Of a stretch of 64,000 bases of DNA, positions 10,215 to 19,064 are shown one piece after another. Below the pieces are notes generated by a model, which was not told the origin of the DNA, did no database searches, and saw nothing but the letters and a program-made list of their open reading frames with translations. A program made the translations under genes and the position numbers. The stretch is from an uncultured Clostridia bacterium (GTDB taxonomy: Bacteria > Bacillota > Clostridia > TANB77 > CAG-508): assembly GCA_948468225.1 (NCBI GenBank), contig CAOKHH010000003.1:12293-76292 (forward strand). The letters are read 5' to 3'. Position 1 is the stretch's first letter. Every line of letters begins with the position of its first letter.

Positions 10215-10751
10215 TTAATTCATCATACTTTCTAATATTTCTTCTGCTTTTTCTCTTCCTCCAATAGTTAAGTCTATTTCCCATGATTGTGATTGAGATT
10301 TCCCTTTTACAATAAAGTTCTCAATATCTCTTTTAAAAATTGCAGCAAAGTTATTTGCATCATAGCACGCTTGTCTTTCGCAAAGTTCTTTTAATTCACT
10401 AGATTGTATTTTGTCATTTTTTGCATATATTGCTACCAAAGCAATATTTTTCATCTTTTCCGCATTTGTTCTTCCTGTAATTCTTTTATGAAAAATAACT
10501 TTATTTTCATCTATTGAATATATTCCAGCTTTTATATACTTATCTATGCAATTTTCATTAACAATTTCATTGCTTTCTATTACTTGTTTCTCATTTTGCT
10601 CCTTTTCATCTATTTCTGGTACATTTTTCAATGATACTACTATTTCCTTTATAGATTCAAAGCTATCTTTAACAAAATTTGCGTTACCTTTTATACTAAA
10701 TGTTTTTTCTTTTAAATTGATATATATTTCTGAATAATCTTTCTCTTCCAT
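10215..10751 (-). CDS. Hypothetical protein, first gene of a two-gene cassette
   Basis: 178 aa with an acidic linker and a C-terminal wHTH-like segment (NIALVAIYAKNDKIQSSELKELCERQ). Its stop lies 1 nt from the start of the next gene. Confidence 0.35.
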   Translation of the reverse strand: MEEKDYSEIYINLKEKTFSIKGNANFVKDSFESIKEIVVSLKNVPEIDEKEQNEKQVIESNEIVNENCIDKYIKAGIYSIDENKVIFHKRITGRTNAEKMKNIALVAIYAKNDKIQSSELKELCERQACYDANNFAAIFKRDIENFIVKGKSQSQSWEIDLTIGGREKAEEILESMMN

Positions 10752-10819
10752 TCATTTATTTCCTTTCTAAATAGTATTTTTATCAAGCTTATTTATTTCT
10801 CCTTTCTGCTCAGTATCGC

Positions 10820-10849
10820 TTGACTTATTTAGAAGATATCTGATATAAT
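10820..10849 (+). promoter_or_regulatory. Near-consensus sigma-A promoter (TTGACT-18-TATAAT with a TG extension)
   Basis: TTGACT at 10820-10825, and TGATATAAT ending at 10849. It is divergent from the 10215..10751 operon. Confidence 0.5.
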
Positions 10850-10854
10850 ATAAG

Positions 10855-10910
10855 CAATAAATATGATTCGCATTGTATTTATTGCTCAATCTTCAGATTG
10901 AGCTTTTTCT
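10855..10910 (+). ncRNA. Candidate small RNA of about 55 nt (two hairpins, the second an intrinsic terminator)
   Basis: Hairpin AGCAATAAATA-12 nt-TATTTATTGCT at 10853-10886. Then GCTCAATC-TTCA-GATTGAGC plus TTTTTCTTC at 10884-10912, directly after the promoter. No ORF is present. Confidence 0.35.
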
Positions 10911-11075
10911 TCTTTAAAAGAATTTTATCATTTTAGACTTTATTTGTCAATATTTTTAATTGTTTTTTTATTTTAAAGGTTGTTGCGATACCTTTTACCT
11001 GTTTTTTCAGTGTTTTTCTCGTTTCTGTTTTTATGTTTTATGCCATTTTTATTCTTCAAAAAATTCTCGTATAAA

Positions 11076-11099
11076 AACCGGAACAAATATTGTCCGGTT
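11076..11099 (-). terminator. Intrinsic terminator downstream of 11110..11385
   Basis: Stem AACCGGA/TCCGGTT with a 10-nt loop, followed on the minus strand by TTTTAT. Confidence 0.55.
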
Positions 11100-11109
11100 C
11101 TAGTATTTT

Positions 11110-11385
11110 TTATTTTAAATTAAATAGTTCAATTGGATCTACTTTAAACTGTAGCATATTTGCTGTTTCCATTCCAGCATCTCCACCTTTTCTTTGCATT
11201 CCAATTCTTCGGATTTTTAAGTTTCCCCTATTAGTTATTTCTACTTTTCCCTCACTATAATGATTAATAGCAATATTTATTGGTTTCAATATCCATCTAA
11301 ATATATCTTCATATTTTTGTGCAACTAAAATCCATTCGGCAGCAAATTTTCCTCTTCCTTTTACTATATCCAAAATAATAAGCAT
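11110..11385 (-). CDS. Hypothetical protein, probably a 5'-truncated gene remnant
   Basis: 91 aa. The reading frame stays open upstream of the ATG (..NEIIEYFEQNK-MLIIL) back to a stop, with no RBS. Confidence 0.3.
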   Translation of the reverse strand: MLIILDIVKGRGKFAAEWILVAQKYEDIFRWILKPINIAINHYSEGKVEITNRGNLKIRRIGMQRKGGDAGMETANMLQFKVDPIELFNLK

Positions 11386-11458
11386 TTTATTTTGTTCAAA
11401 GTACTCTATAATTTCATTTTGTTACATATTATTCTGCTTCGCTTTTGTTATTTTTATA

Positions 11459-11644
11459 TTAGTCATTACATTTAATTTCTGTTCCATCATCTAAAATCTT
11501 AACTATTTTACTAAAATCTTTTGCACCTATATGTGCATAATAACTTCCTCCATCAATATAACACGATTCGCATTTACAAGATACTAAATCATGCACACTT
11601 TTTGATTCAATTACATCTCCACATAATAAACATTTTATTTTCAT
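11459..11644 (-). CDS. Small cysteine-rich (zinc-ribbon-like) protein
   Basis: 61 aa with CLLCG...CKCESC cysteine pairs. Confidence 0.45.
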   Translation of the reverse strand: MKIKCLLCGDVIESKSVHDLVSCKCESCYIDGGSYYAHIGAKDFSKIVKILDDGTEIKCND

Positions 11645-11658
11645 AGAATATCGTTCCT

Positions 11659-12582
11659 TTATATATACTTTTTAAATGTATCTCTTAATATTACCACAAT
11701 ATCTATAGACTTATTCATTAATTCAGTATAATTACTATGGTCGTCAAAATTTAATCCTCTTATATAATAAATTATTCTTGAAGCTTTACTATTATCTAAT
11801 CTTCGCCATTCTAATTTGAAACCAAGGCTTTTTTCAATTTCTTCTTTATTTTCAAATAATTTATCAAACAACTCTTTATTATCAGGTATATACAATTCTA
11901 CACCAATTACAGAGTCTTTATTAACTAATGTAATATCTATATGCGCCTCACTTGTACCTATTGCTATACTATACCAATGATCTGTTGTTGCTTTTCTAAT
12001 ATTAAAAGGTTTTCCTCTTTCTATGACTACATTATTGAATTGATTCCAAAATTCAATTCTTTGAGATTGTGATTTATTCATACTATCATTACTATTAGAA
12101 GATTTATTATTTTTTATAAAATCATTTGGTTGCTCTACAACTTGAAACATTGGTGCAGGATCTGAATTACCTATTTTGTAAGCATGAATTTCTATTAAGA
12201 AAAAATTTAAATTTGTGCTAGTATTATTATTTAACCATTCAATGGCACTTCTATGTTCTTCTCTTGCTTCTTTTACAATCCACACAATAACCTTTGCGTC
12301 TAATCCAGAAGCATAAGTAATTATTTTCCCTAAATGATCATGATTAGATGTTTCTAATTGATTTTCAATAATAACTTTTGTCCCTGTTGTTTAATCTTTT
12401 GCAAATAAATCACATCTATAAGCTCCTACATAGGTTTCTTTACTAATATCGATCAAAGTTAAACCTAATATATCATTTAAATTTTCAATATTTTCTTTTT
12501 TAGATAACCATTCAGAGAAACCATATTGTTCATGTTTCCATAGTTCTCTTATATCAACTTTTTCTAATTTTCCAATATTCAT
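11659..12582 (-). pseudogene. DUF4268-like protein with an N-terminal PD-(D/E)XK-like module, interrupted by in-frame TAA 12391-12393
   Basis: ORFs 12391..12582 and 11659..12285 share one frame: ...RCDLFAKD-stop-TTGTKVIIENQLETSNHDHLGKIITYASGLDAKVIVWIVKEA... The C-terminal part (RIEFWNQFNN...) matches the DUF4268 pattern. Confidence 0.65.
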
Positions 12583-12593
12583 ATACTCTTCTT

Positions 12594-13844
12594 CTAATCC
12601 TCTTCTAATTTATAACCTTCTCCCTCTTCTGCTACCATATTTAAGTTATTACTATTTTCATAATCAACATGTCCATGCACATCTTTTAAGTTATCTACTT
12701 TGTTTTCTTTGCCATATGTATAAATATCTTTATATTTATCATGTGCATAAAGCACAACATCTTTTATAACAAGTTTATGAATTGCCGATACGATTGTTTC
12801 CATAACATCAAAATCTGGTTTTCCATCCTTTGTTGGTAATGATATATATAATTCATCTGCGTCTTTAGCATAAAAGTTTCTACCATAATCAAATTGACCA
12901 TTATGTGAAGATTTATGAATAGCTGAAGTTACAAATATCGCAGCATTCATAGGTAAGTTTTCTGTATGCACAATTGCCACGTGATCATCTCCACCATATT
13001 CATAATTTCTATACTTTGCAGAACCGAACATATCAATAGTCGTTGTGTTTTTAGGAAAATTTTGAACATTATTTCCTATAAAATCTGATATACCTTCATT
13101 CGCCTCACCTGCAGTTACAAAAGGCAAGTCACCTGGAATTCTATCTTCACTTTTTAATCTTTTCCCTCTTGTTGACTTTCCAAATAATTTTTCTAAATTA
13201 TAAGTCTCCCATTTCAGATTGTTAAAATTGTTAATGCTTTTCTCTTCCTCTGAAGTAAGTACATAATTATTCAATCCGCTTATCTTTAGATAAGCAGATA
13301 AATATGATATTCGTTCCTTTTCTAGCTCCTCTATAAAGTTTTCCATAAAATCAAAATATATTTCATTATTTTTAGTAGGAAGTTGTATTTTTTCGTTTTT
13401 AATTCTTTCCCACCCAGCTTTATTTGTCCACTCATAATTTCCTCGAATAGTTTTTGTAATAGCACTTACTAAAAACAAATACTGCCTATCTGTTAATGTA
13501 GTATTATCATAAATCCAATTGATTGCATAAGCATCTTGTAAAACTGTAAATTCCTTACTTTGGTAAAATGTAGCACCTGTATTAGCACCATTGGCTGAAA
13601 TGGTTATAACATTTTTTAATACAGTAGCATCTTTTAACGGAACATAATTGTTTAACCCTTGATTTTGAATGCCTGCTGTTAATGCTGGCAGAGGGCATTC
13701 AACTGTTCTTTTACTTGGTAGTTCTGATGTTTTATAATTTAAGCTATTAACTTTAATTTTTGTAAATAGCTGACTTAATGGATATTCGCCCCACCCAACA
13801 CTTCTCAGCTTGTTGCTGAGTGAGGCATCTATTTTCCCAAGCAA
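12594..13844 (-). CDS. Restriction-modification specificity subunit (HsdS/BcgIB-like, two target-recognition domains)
   Basis: 416 aa with two-TRD architecture and a central helical spacer (FMENFIEELEKERISYLSAYLK). It overlaps the methylase gene by 16 nt. Confidence 0.75.
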   Translation of the reverse strand: MLGKIDASLSNKLRSVGWGEYPLSQLFTKIKVNSLNYKTSELPSKRTVECPLPALTAGIQNQGLNNYVPLKDATVLKNVITISANGANTGATFYQSKEFTVLQDAYAINWIYDNTTLTDRQYLFLVSAITKTIRGNYEWTNKAGWERIKNEKIQLPTKNNEIYFDFMENFIEELEKERISYLSAYLKISGLNNYVLTSEEEKSINNFNNLKWETYNLEKLFGKSTRGKRLKSEDRIPGDLPFVTAGEANEGISDFIGNNVQNFPKNTTTIDMFGSAKYRNYEYGGDDHVAIVHTENLPMNAAIFVTSAIHKSSHNGQFDYGRNFYAKDADELYISLPTKDGKPDFDVMETIVSAIHKLVIKDVVLYAHDKYKDIYTYGKENKVDNLKDVHGHVDYENSNNLNMVAEEGEGYKLEED

Positions 13845-15877
13845 TCATTATCTTTCTTTTCATTTTTTAGAAGATTTGAAACTTCCCAAGCTAAGTAGTC
13901 ACTTACTGTCTTTTCGAAATCTTCAAGAATAGGCTTTGTATCTATTGGAGCAGACTGATTCCAATCTGCACCATTATTTATATCTATTGTTCCTTCATAA
14001 TATTCTTTTTCTGTAAATATGTTTAATTTAGATTTACCAAAACGTACTAAATCTATCAATTCTTGATAACGTTCTTTTGCATTATCCGTATCCCTTAAAT
14101 TATTACTAGCTTTTTTACGATTTGTGCGAGTATATCCATCCTTTGAAAAATCTATAAATTTAACTACATCGTCATTCTGATGAGCCTCTCCGACTCTAAA
14201 AACATATACATTTGTTTGAACACTTGATTTACCTATGAACAAATCTATAGGCATTTTTATGCTTGCTAACAATGTACTATGTTTCAGTATACTTTTGTTA
14301 TATGATATTGCTTTCCCTGAACCTGCGGAATTTTGAATAATAATAGCAGCATACCCCTTATCCATCATAGATAAGGCTCTTTCAACAAATATCATTCCAT
14401 TACCTGCTGCTGAATAAGGTGGATTTAAAACAAAAGCTGTAGCAGGGAATTTTTTATTTGTATTTTCAAATCCATAGTTTCCATCAAAATCTTTAATAGA
14501 ATCCTTATTTAAAATATTAGAACTACCATCTCCCATTAAAATCATATTAAGAATAGCTAACATATATATACTTGGAAGTATCTCTAAACCTAGTAATTGG
14601 TTTGCTTTGATTTCTGCTGATTTAATTGCCAGTTGTTCAGGGGATTTTATTTTGTTCTTAGCATCAATTAGCATTTCATTCATAGCAGAAACTAAAAGTC
14701 CTGCAGATCCTGTAGCAAAATCCCAAACATATGAATCTTTATCAATTCTAGCAAGTTTTACAAGTAGATTAGCTACATATGATGGTGTTAATACAACATC
14801 ATTTAGCTTATCTTGAGAAAATCCTAACCAACTATACATTTCATTAAATAACTTACCTGTAAAATCCGTTGACAATCCTATTTTATAATATATTCCTAAA
14901 TCGTCAACAATTTTGGTAAATACACGTTTTAATTGGCTTTCTCCATTTTCTACTCTATTAATATTTTCAGTAGTAAGTGTATTTTGTAATGTTCTTACAA
15001 TGAGATTTTTCTTTTCTTTTGGTAACTTTTTTTCATTAAGGAAAGCCGTAATTTTCCTAACAATTATATCTCCATCTGTGCTTCCTTCTTCTATAGAAGA
15101 TTTTAAATCTGTCTTTTCAAGTGGAGCTACTTTCCCAGGAACTCCAATTGTCGCTATTATTGAGGCCGCAACGAGATATACCCTATCACTTTCTGATAAT
15201 CCTTTTTCATTTTGATATATATCATTATTAAGCCTTACTAAACTAGCTTCAATTTCTTTTTCTCTTTTTTCTCTTAATTTTTCTATTTCTTCTTGTGATA
15301 ATTGTAAATTCTTAACTTTTTCTATAAATTCATCAAAGTTTTCTTTTTTCAAAAATGAGAAGTCTGTATATTCATCGACCTTTTGTCCTATACCAAAATT
15401 TTTCTTTGATACATAATAAACTCCTATAGAATATTGAATCTTATCACTTTCATCTTTATATCCTGTCATACCTATTGAAATAATATCAGTATAACTTGTA
15501 TAATGTAATAAAGCATTTGCATAATGAACTGCACCATTTACTGCATACGAATTAATGTGTTTAAAAATTGGTTCATTTTTTGCTGATCTATTATTAACTT
15601 GACCATTAGAATCTAATTTAACTAATTTGTCTTTATAGCCTTTATACTCAATTAAAATAGGATAATAATTCATGTCCTTGTCTTGCAAAAGTAATTTAGC
15701 ATCAGGTCTATTTCCACCGCTGCCACCATTTTTCGAATAATATTCGTTTAGTGCAGCATCAATTTCAGTATTTAATGATTCTTGTTCTAATTTATAATCT
15801 AATTTATAATCTTTAAGCCATCCATTTGCTATATCTGCAATAATAGGCTCTATTGATTGATTTGTACTTTTTGACAT
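13829..15877 (-). CDS. N6-adenine DNA methyltransferase fused to an N-terminal PD-ExK nuclease motif (BcgI-A-like, type IIB/IIG candidate)
   Basis: Motif I VWDFATGSAGLLV precedes motif IV FVLNPPYS. The N-terminus has RPDAKLLL-x-ILIEYKG (PD-x17-ExK). ATG 15877 follows GGGGAGGAAG. No HsdR gene is nearby. Confidence 0.7.
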   Translation of the reverse strand: MSKSTNQSIEPIIADIANGWLKDYKLDYKLEQESLNTEIDAALNEYYSKNGGSGGNRPDAKLLLQDKDMNYYPILIEYKGYKDKLVKLDSNGQVNNRSAKNEPIFKHINSYAVNGAVHYANALLHYTSYTDIISIGMTGYKDESDKIQYSIGVYYVSKKNFGIGQKVDEYTDFSFLKKENFDEFIEKVKNLQLSQEEIEKLREKREKEIEASLVRLNNDIYQNEKGLSESDRVYLVAASIIATIGVPGKVAPLEKTDLKSSIEEGSTDGDIIVRKITAFLNEKKLPKEKKNLIVRTLQNTLTTENINRVENGESQLKRVFTKIVDDLGIYYKIGLSTDFTGKLFNEMYSWLGFSQDKLNDVVLTPSYVANLLVKLARIDKDSYVWDFATGSAGLLVSAMNEMLIDAKNKIKSPEQLAIKSAEIKANQLLGLEILPSIYMLAILNMILMGDGSSNILNKDSIKDFDGNYGFENTNKKFPATAFVLNPPYSAAGNGMIFVERALSMMDKGYAAIIIQNSAGSGKAISYNKSILKHSTLLASIKMPIDLFIGKSSVQTNVYVFRVGEAHQNDDVVKFIDFSKDGYTRTNRKKASNNLRDTDNAKERYQELIDLVRFGKSKLNIFTEKEYYEGTIDINNGADWNQSAPIDTKPILEDFEKTVSDYLAWEVSNLLKNEKKDNDCLGK

Positions 15878-15878
15878 A

Positions 15879-16091
15879 TTATTCTTCCTCCCCACTTTTT
15901 ATTTCAATAATATCATCTACATTACAATCTAGTACATTGCATATTTTTTCTAATATTTCAACTTGCACTGTCTCATTTTTTCCCAACTTTGCCATTGCAT
16001 TTGTAGTAATCCCCGCTTTTTCACATAATTGTGTTTTATTTATTTTTTTATCTATCATTAATTTCCATAGTTTGTCATAAGTTATATGCAT
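15879..16091 (-). CDS. XRE-family HTH protein, candidate controller (C) protein of the restriction-modification module
   Basis: 70 aa with the HTH_3 pattern (KINKTQLCEKAGITTNAMAKLGKNE). Its stop codon lies 1 nt upstream of the methylase ATG. Confidence 0.65.
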   Translation of the reverse strand: MHITYDKLWKLMIDKKINKTQLCEKAGITTNAMAKLGKNETVQVEILEKICNVLDCNVDDIIEIKSGEEE

Positions 16092-16205
16092 TTAATGACC
16101 TCCTATTTTTTATTACTATATTTCGATATTATTCTATCATTTATAATGTTATATTTCAAGATTTTCTTGAATATTTCAATAAAATTTGTTAGTTTTATTT
16201 GGATA

Positions 16206-16472
16206 TTAATTTTTTCCGAAAAATACATCATAAGGATAACCTCTATCAATATAAATTTCTGTTAATTCCATTTTATATTTTTCTAGCAACTCTAAATACT
16301 TTCTTTTAAAAATATTTTTACATAACCACTCAACACCTTCATTAGAAATTATTAACTTCCCATCTACATATGATTTATAATTTTCCATTCCCTTTTTGCA
16401 CATTTTACTTATAGCTTTTCTAATACTAGATTCTCCTCTATTAAAATATTTTTCTAACTCCTTGATACTCAT
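16206..16472 (-). CDS. Hypothetical island protein
   Basis: 88-aa ORF with RBS GGTGGA and no recognisable motif. Confidence 0.35.
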   Translation of the reverse strand: MSIKELEKYFNRGESSIRKAISKMCKKGMENYKSYVDGKLIISNEGVEWLCKNIFKRKYLELLEKYKMELTEIYIDRGYPYDVFFGKN

Positions 16473-16491
16473 ATTTTCATTCCACCATTTT

Positions 16492-16770
16492 TTAAATCAT
16501 AGATTTTTCTTTTTGAAAATATACTAAAGTTAGCCAGTAATATCCCTCAATTAATATAAAATATCTTTTGCTTCTTATTTTTACACTTCTCCATCTACAT
16601 GATGGATGTTTTTTTATCATTGTATCTACAGCTTTTCTTAAATCTAAATGTGATATTTCTTTTCCATGCTTGGTAGTAATATTTAATACTTTAAATCTAT
16701 ATAATATTTTTTTGTATGTAAGAAAAATACTATCCATTGCTTGTTCAGTATTACTTATAATCTTAATCAC
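16492..16770 (-). CDS. Hypothetical island protein
   Basis: 92-aa ORF immediately upstream of 16206..16472. Confidence 0.3.
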   Translation of the reverse strand: MIKIISNTEQAMDSIFLTYKKILYRFKVLNITTKHGKEISHLDLRKAVDTMIKKHPSCRWRSVKIRSKRYFILIEGYYWLTLVYFQKEKSMI

Positions 16771-17151
16771 TCCTTCATATGTAGAATTCTTAATAGCTAG
16801 TTTACGAAGCTATTAAGATAATGGCAAAATTTATTTTGCTCGAATATAGGTAGTATTTTTTAGTACCTAATATTCGCCAGCTTGGTGTTCTGACACCCTT
16901 TTTGCTGTTTAGTGCAAAATGCCCTAATACCTTTTTTGCTCTCCGAGGGATATTTTTTGCTTACATTTTTGCGATTTTATCTTAAAAATCAGGACAAGTT
17001 TGCAAATTTTTTTATTTTCTTGTCCTAATTTTTCTCTTTACTTTTTCAAAATTTCTCTTCAAAATTTCAATTTGATTTTCTAGCTTTTATTCTTTTTATT
17101 TGTAAATTGTATTTAAAATAGATACCCCCTTATCTATTTTTTATTAAAATT

Positions 17152-17358
17152 TTAACAAACTTTTTCTAGTGAATCATTTTCTTTTTGGCTTAGATAAATA
17201 TCTAAAGCTTCTTTTCTGAATAAAATTCTTTTTCCAACTCTAGAACATGGAATTTGTCTTCTTTTAACTAATTGGGTAATTAACCAATAAGAAATTCCTA
17301 AATATTCTGCTGCTTCTTTTGCAGTTAAAGTTGTCCTTTGTATTTTTTCTATTATCAT
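17152..17358 (-). CDS. Excisionase-family / MerR-type HTH DNA-binding protein
   Basis: 68 aa. LTAKEAAEYLGISYWLITQLVKRRQIPCSRVGKRILFRKEALDIYL is the helix-turn-helix_17 (Xis-like) pattern. Confidence 0.7.
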   Translation of the reverse strand: MIIEKIQRTTLTAKEAAEYLGISYWLITQLVKRRQIPCSRVGKRILFRKEALDIYLSQKENDSLEKVC

Positions 17359-17550
17359 ATACAGCTCCCTTCAATTTCTTTATAATTGTAATTGACATGC
17401 ATAAATTATTATGGTATTATTTTGTCATACAATTATTGTTTTTGTTTTTGATTGTATGGTTCATTTGTATAATATTTTTTTCATACGAGTACCCTTACAA
17501 TTAAAAAAAATTTAAATTTTTTTCATTTGTAGGTGTTAGGAGGTGAATAA

Positions 17551-18585
17551 ATGTCATCATATAATATTGCATTTGACATTAATAACAAGCTAGAATGCTT
17601 GAATTACTACTCTATAGAAGAACCAGATGGAGATATTTACAAATTTACAAATCATTGTGAAATAAAACCTCTTGGAAGCTTTATTTTAGATTTTATTAAT
17701 ACAAATTTTGAAAATGAAAAAGATTTTATTAAATTCGTGGCTCGATATTGTTTTGAAGATTTGTTATTAAAATTAAAAAAAGATATTAGATTAAATACAA
17801 ATAAATATTATAAAGATGAATTTCTATCAATAAAAGAAAAAACTTTATTAAAACTACTTTTAAAAATACATGAAAGATATGTAGATGACTTTATTTACTA
17901 TAAAGATTTATTTATTAGACTTACAACAAAAATAATAATAGATGAAGAAACAGATAAAGAATTACAGGAACTGTCTAGAGTAAAAGATTATACTGATTCT
18001 CGCAGTCCGGAAGAAATATATATTGATTTTCAATCTAAATTTTCTTCTGTTTTCAGTAATGATGCTGATTTAAGAGAACTAAATCATAAAGCACAGGATT
18101 TAAAACTTGATTTTGCAATGGATGACTTTTACTTCTTTCATAAAGAACTTCCATTAAACAAAAGTATTCCTTATTCTTTTATGAGTGATGATTATCTTAA
18201 TATACTGTTTATTTCATTAAAACAATTATTGTATATTAACAATGAAATATTAATAAGGAAATGTGCTAATTGTAATAAATACTTCATTCCAAAAACAATG
18301 CACGATACTAAATATTGTGATGAAATTTTTAAAGGTAATAAAACATGTAAAGAAATCGGAAGAGAATTAGCTTTCAAAGAAAGATTAGATAAAAATCCTT
18401 TATTAAAAACTTATAGAACTAGATATCAAACTCTTTCAAAACAAGCTTCTGAAAGAGAGCATCACGAAATGTATGAATATTTCAAAAAAGAAGGTCCAGA
18501 AATGAGGAAGAAATACATAAATGATGAAATTACAGATGAAGAATTTCAAAACTGGATTAATAATACAAAAGTAAGAAAAACTTAG
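17551..18585 (+). CDS. Hypothetical island protein with a C-terminal cysteine cluster (resembles DUF6076-type proteins of clostridial mobile elements)
   Basis: 344 aa with CANCNKYFIP...YCDEIFKGNKTCKEIG. RBS AGGAGGTGA. Confidence 0.4.
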   Translation: MSSYNIAFDINNKLECLNYYSIEEPDGDIYKFTNHCEIKPLGSFILDFINTNFENEKDFIKFVARYCFEDLLLKLKKDIRLNTNKYYKDEFLSIKEKTLLKLLLKIHERYVDDFIYYKDLFIRLTTKIIIDEETDKELQELSRVKDYTDSRSPEEIYIDFQSKFSSVFSNDADLRELNHKAQDLKLDFAMDDFYFFHKELPLNKSIPYSFMSDDYLNILFISLKQLLYINNEILIRKCANCNKYFIPKTMHDTKYCDEIFKGNKTCKEIGRELAFKERLDKNPLLKTYRTRYQTLSKQASEREHHEMYEYFKKEGPEMRKKYINDEITDEEFQNWINNTKVRKT

Positions 18586-18596
18586 GAGGCAAATAT

Positions 18597-19007
18597 ATGA
18601 TTAAATATATAGAAAAAACTCCCTCTGCAGAAGAATTTAATTATCTAACAGATTCTGTAGGTTGGGGAATTAGAGAAAATTCAGTAGTCGAAACAGCTTT
18701 AAAGAATACTTTATATTCATTATGTGTTTATGATGACAATAAATTAATTGGATATGGAAGAATTATTGGAGATAAAACTATATTTTTATATATTCAAGAT
18801 ATAATAGTAATCCCTGAGTATCAAAATAAACATATTGGTACTAGAATAATGGAAAACTTATTAACTCAAATAAATGAATATAAAAAGATTAATCCTAATA
18901 TTAGAACTTATTTAGGTGCATCAAAAGGAAAAGAATCTTTTTATGTAAAATTTGGATTTATTTCAAGACCGAATGAAGATTTAGGTTCTGGAATGATTTT
19001 ATATTAA
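18597..19007 (+). CDS. GNAT-family N-acetyltransferase
   Basis: 136 aa. IQDIIVIPEYQNKHIGTRIMENLL matches the acetyl-CoA binding motif A (Q/RxxGxG/A-like). Confidence 0.75.
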   Translation: MIKYIEKTPSAEEFNYLTDSVGWGIRENSVVETALKNTLYSLCVYDDNKLIGYGRIIGDKTIFLYIQDIIVIPEYQNKHIGTRIMENLLTQINEYKKINPNIRTYLGASKGKESFYVKFGFISRPNEDLGSGMILY

Positions 19008-19064
19008 TTTAATATTACTTAAAATCCCTTGCCATAGGTATACTGAAAGGAGGTGAAAAAAGTA

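Noticed and set aside
12594-15877. Classical type I restriction-modification system (HsdM plus HsdS).
   Set aside because: No hsdR gene lies nearby, and the methylase carries its own N-terminal PD-ExK motif. A BcgI-like type IIB arrangement fits better, though only homology or methylome data can settle it.
16801-17150. Five TTTTGC(T) motifs spaced about 13-65 bp apart, plus an AGGACAAG..CTTGTCCT hairpin in a 380-bp ORF-free stretch of the island (iteron or origin-like?).
   Set aside because: The motif is short and T-rich in a very AT-rich genome, the spacing is irregular, and no replication-initiator gene is adjacent. The region most likely holds promoters and terminators for the flanking operons (a clear hairpin at 17118-17145 terminates the Xis-like gene).
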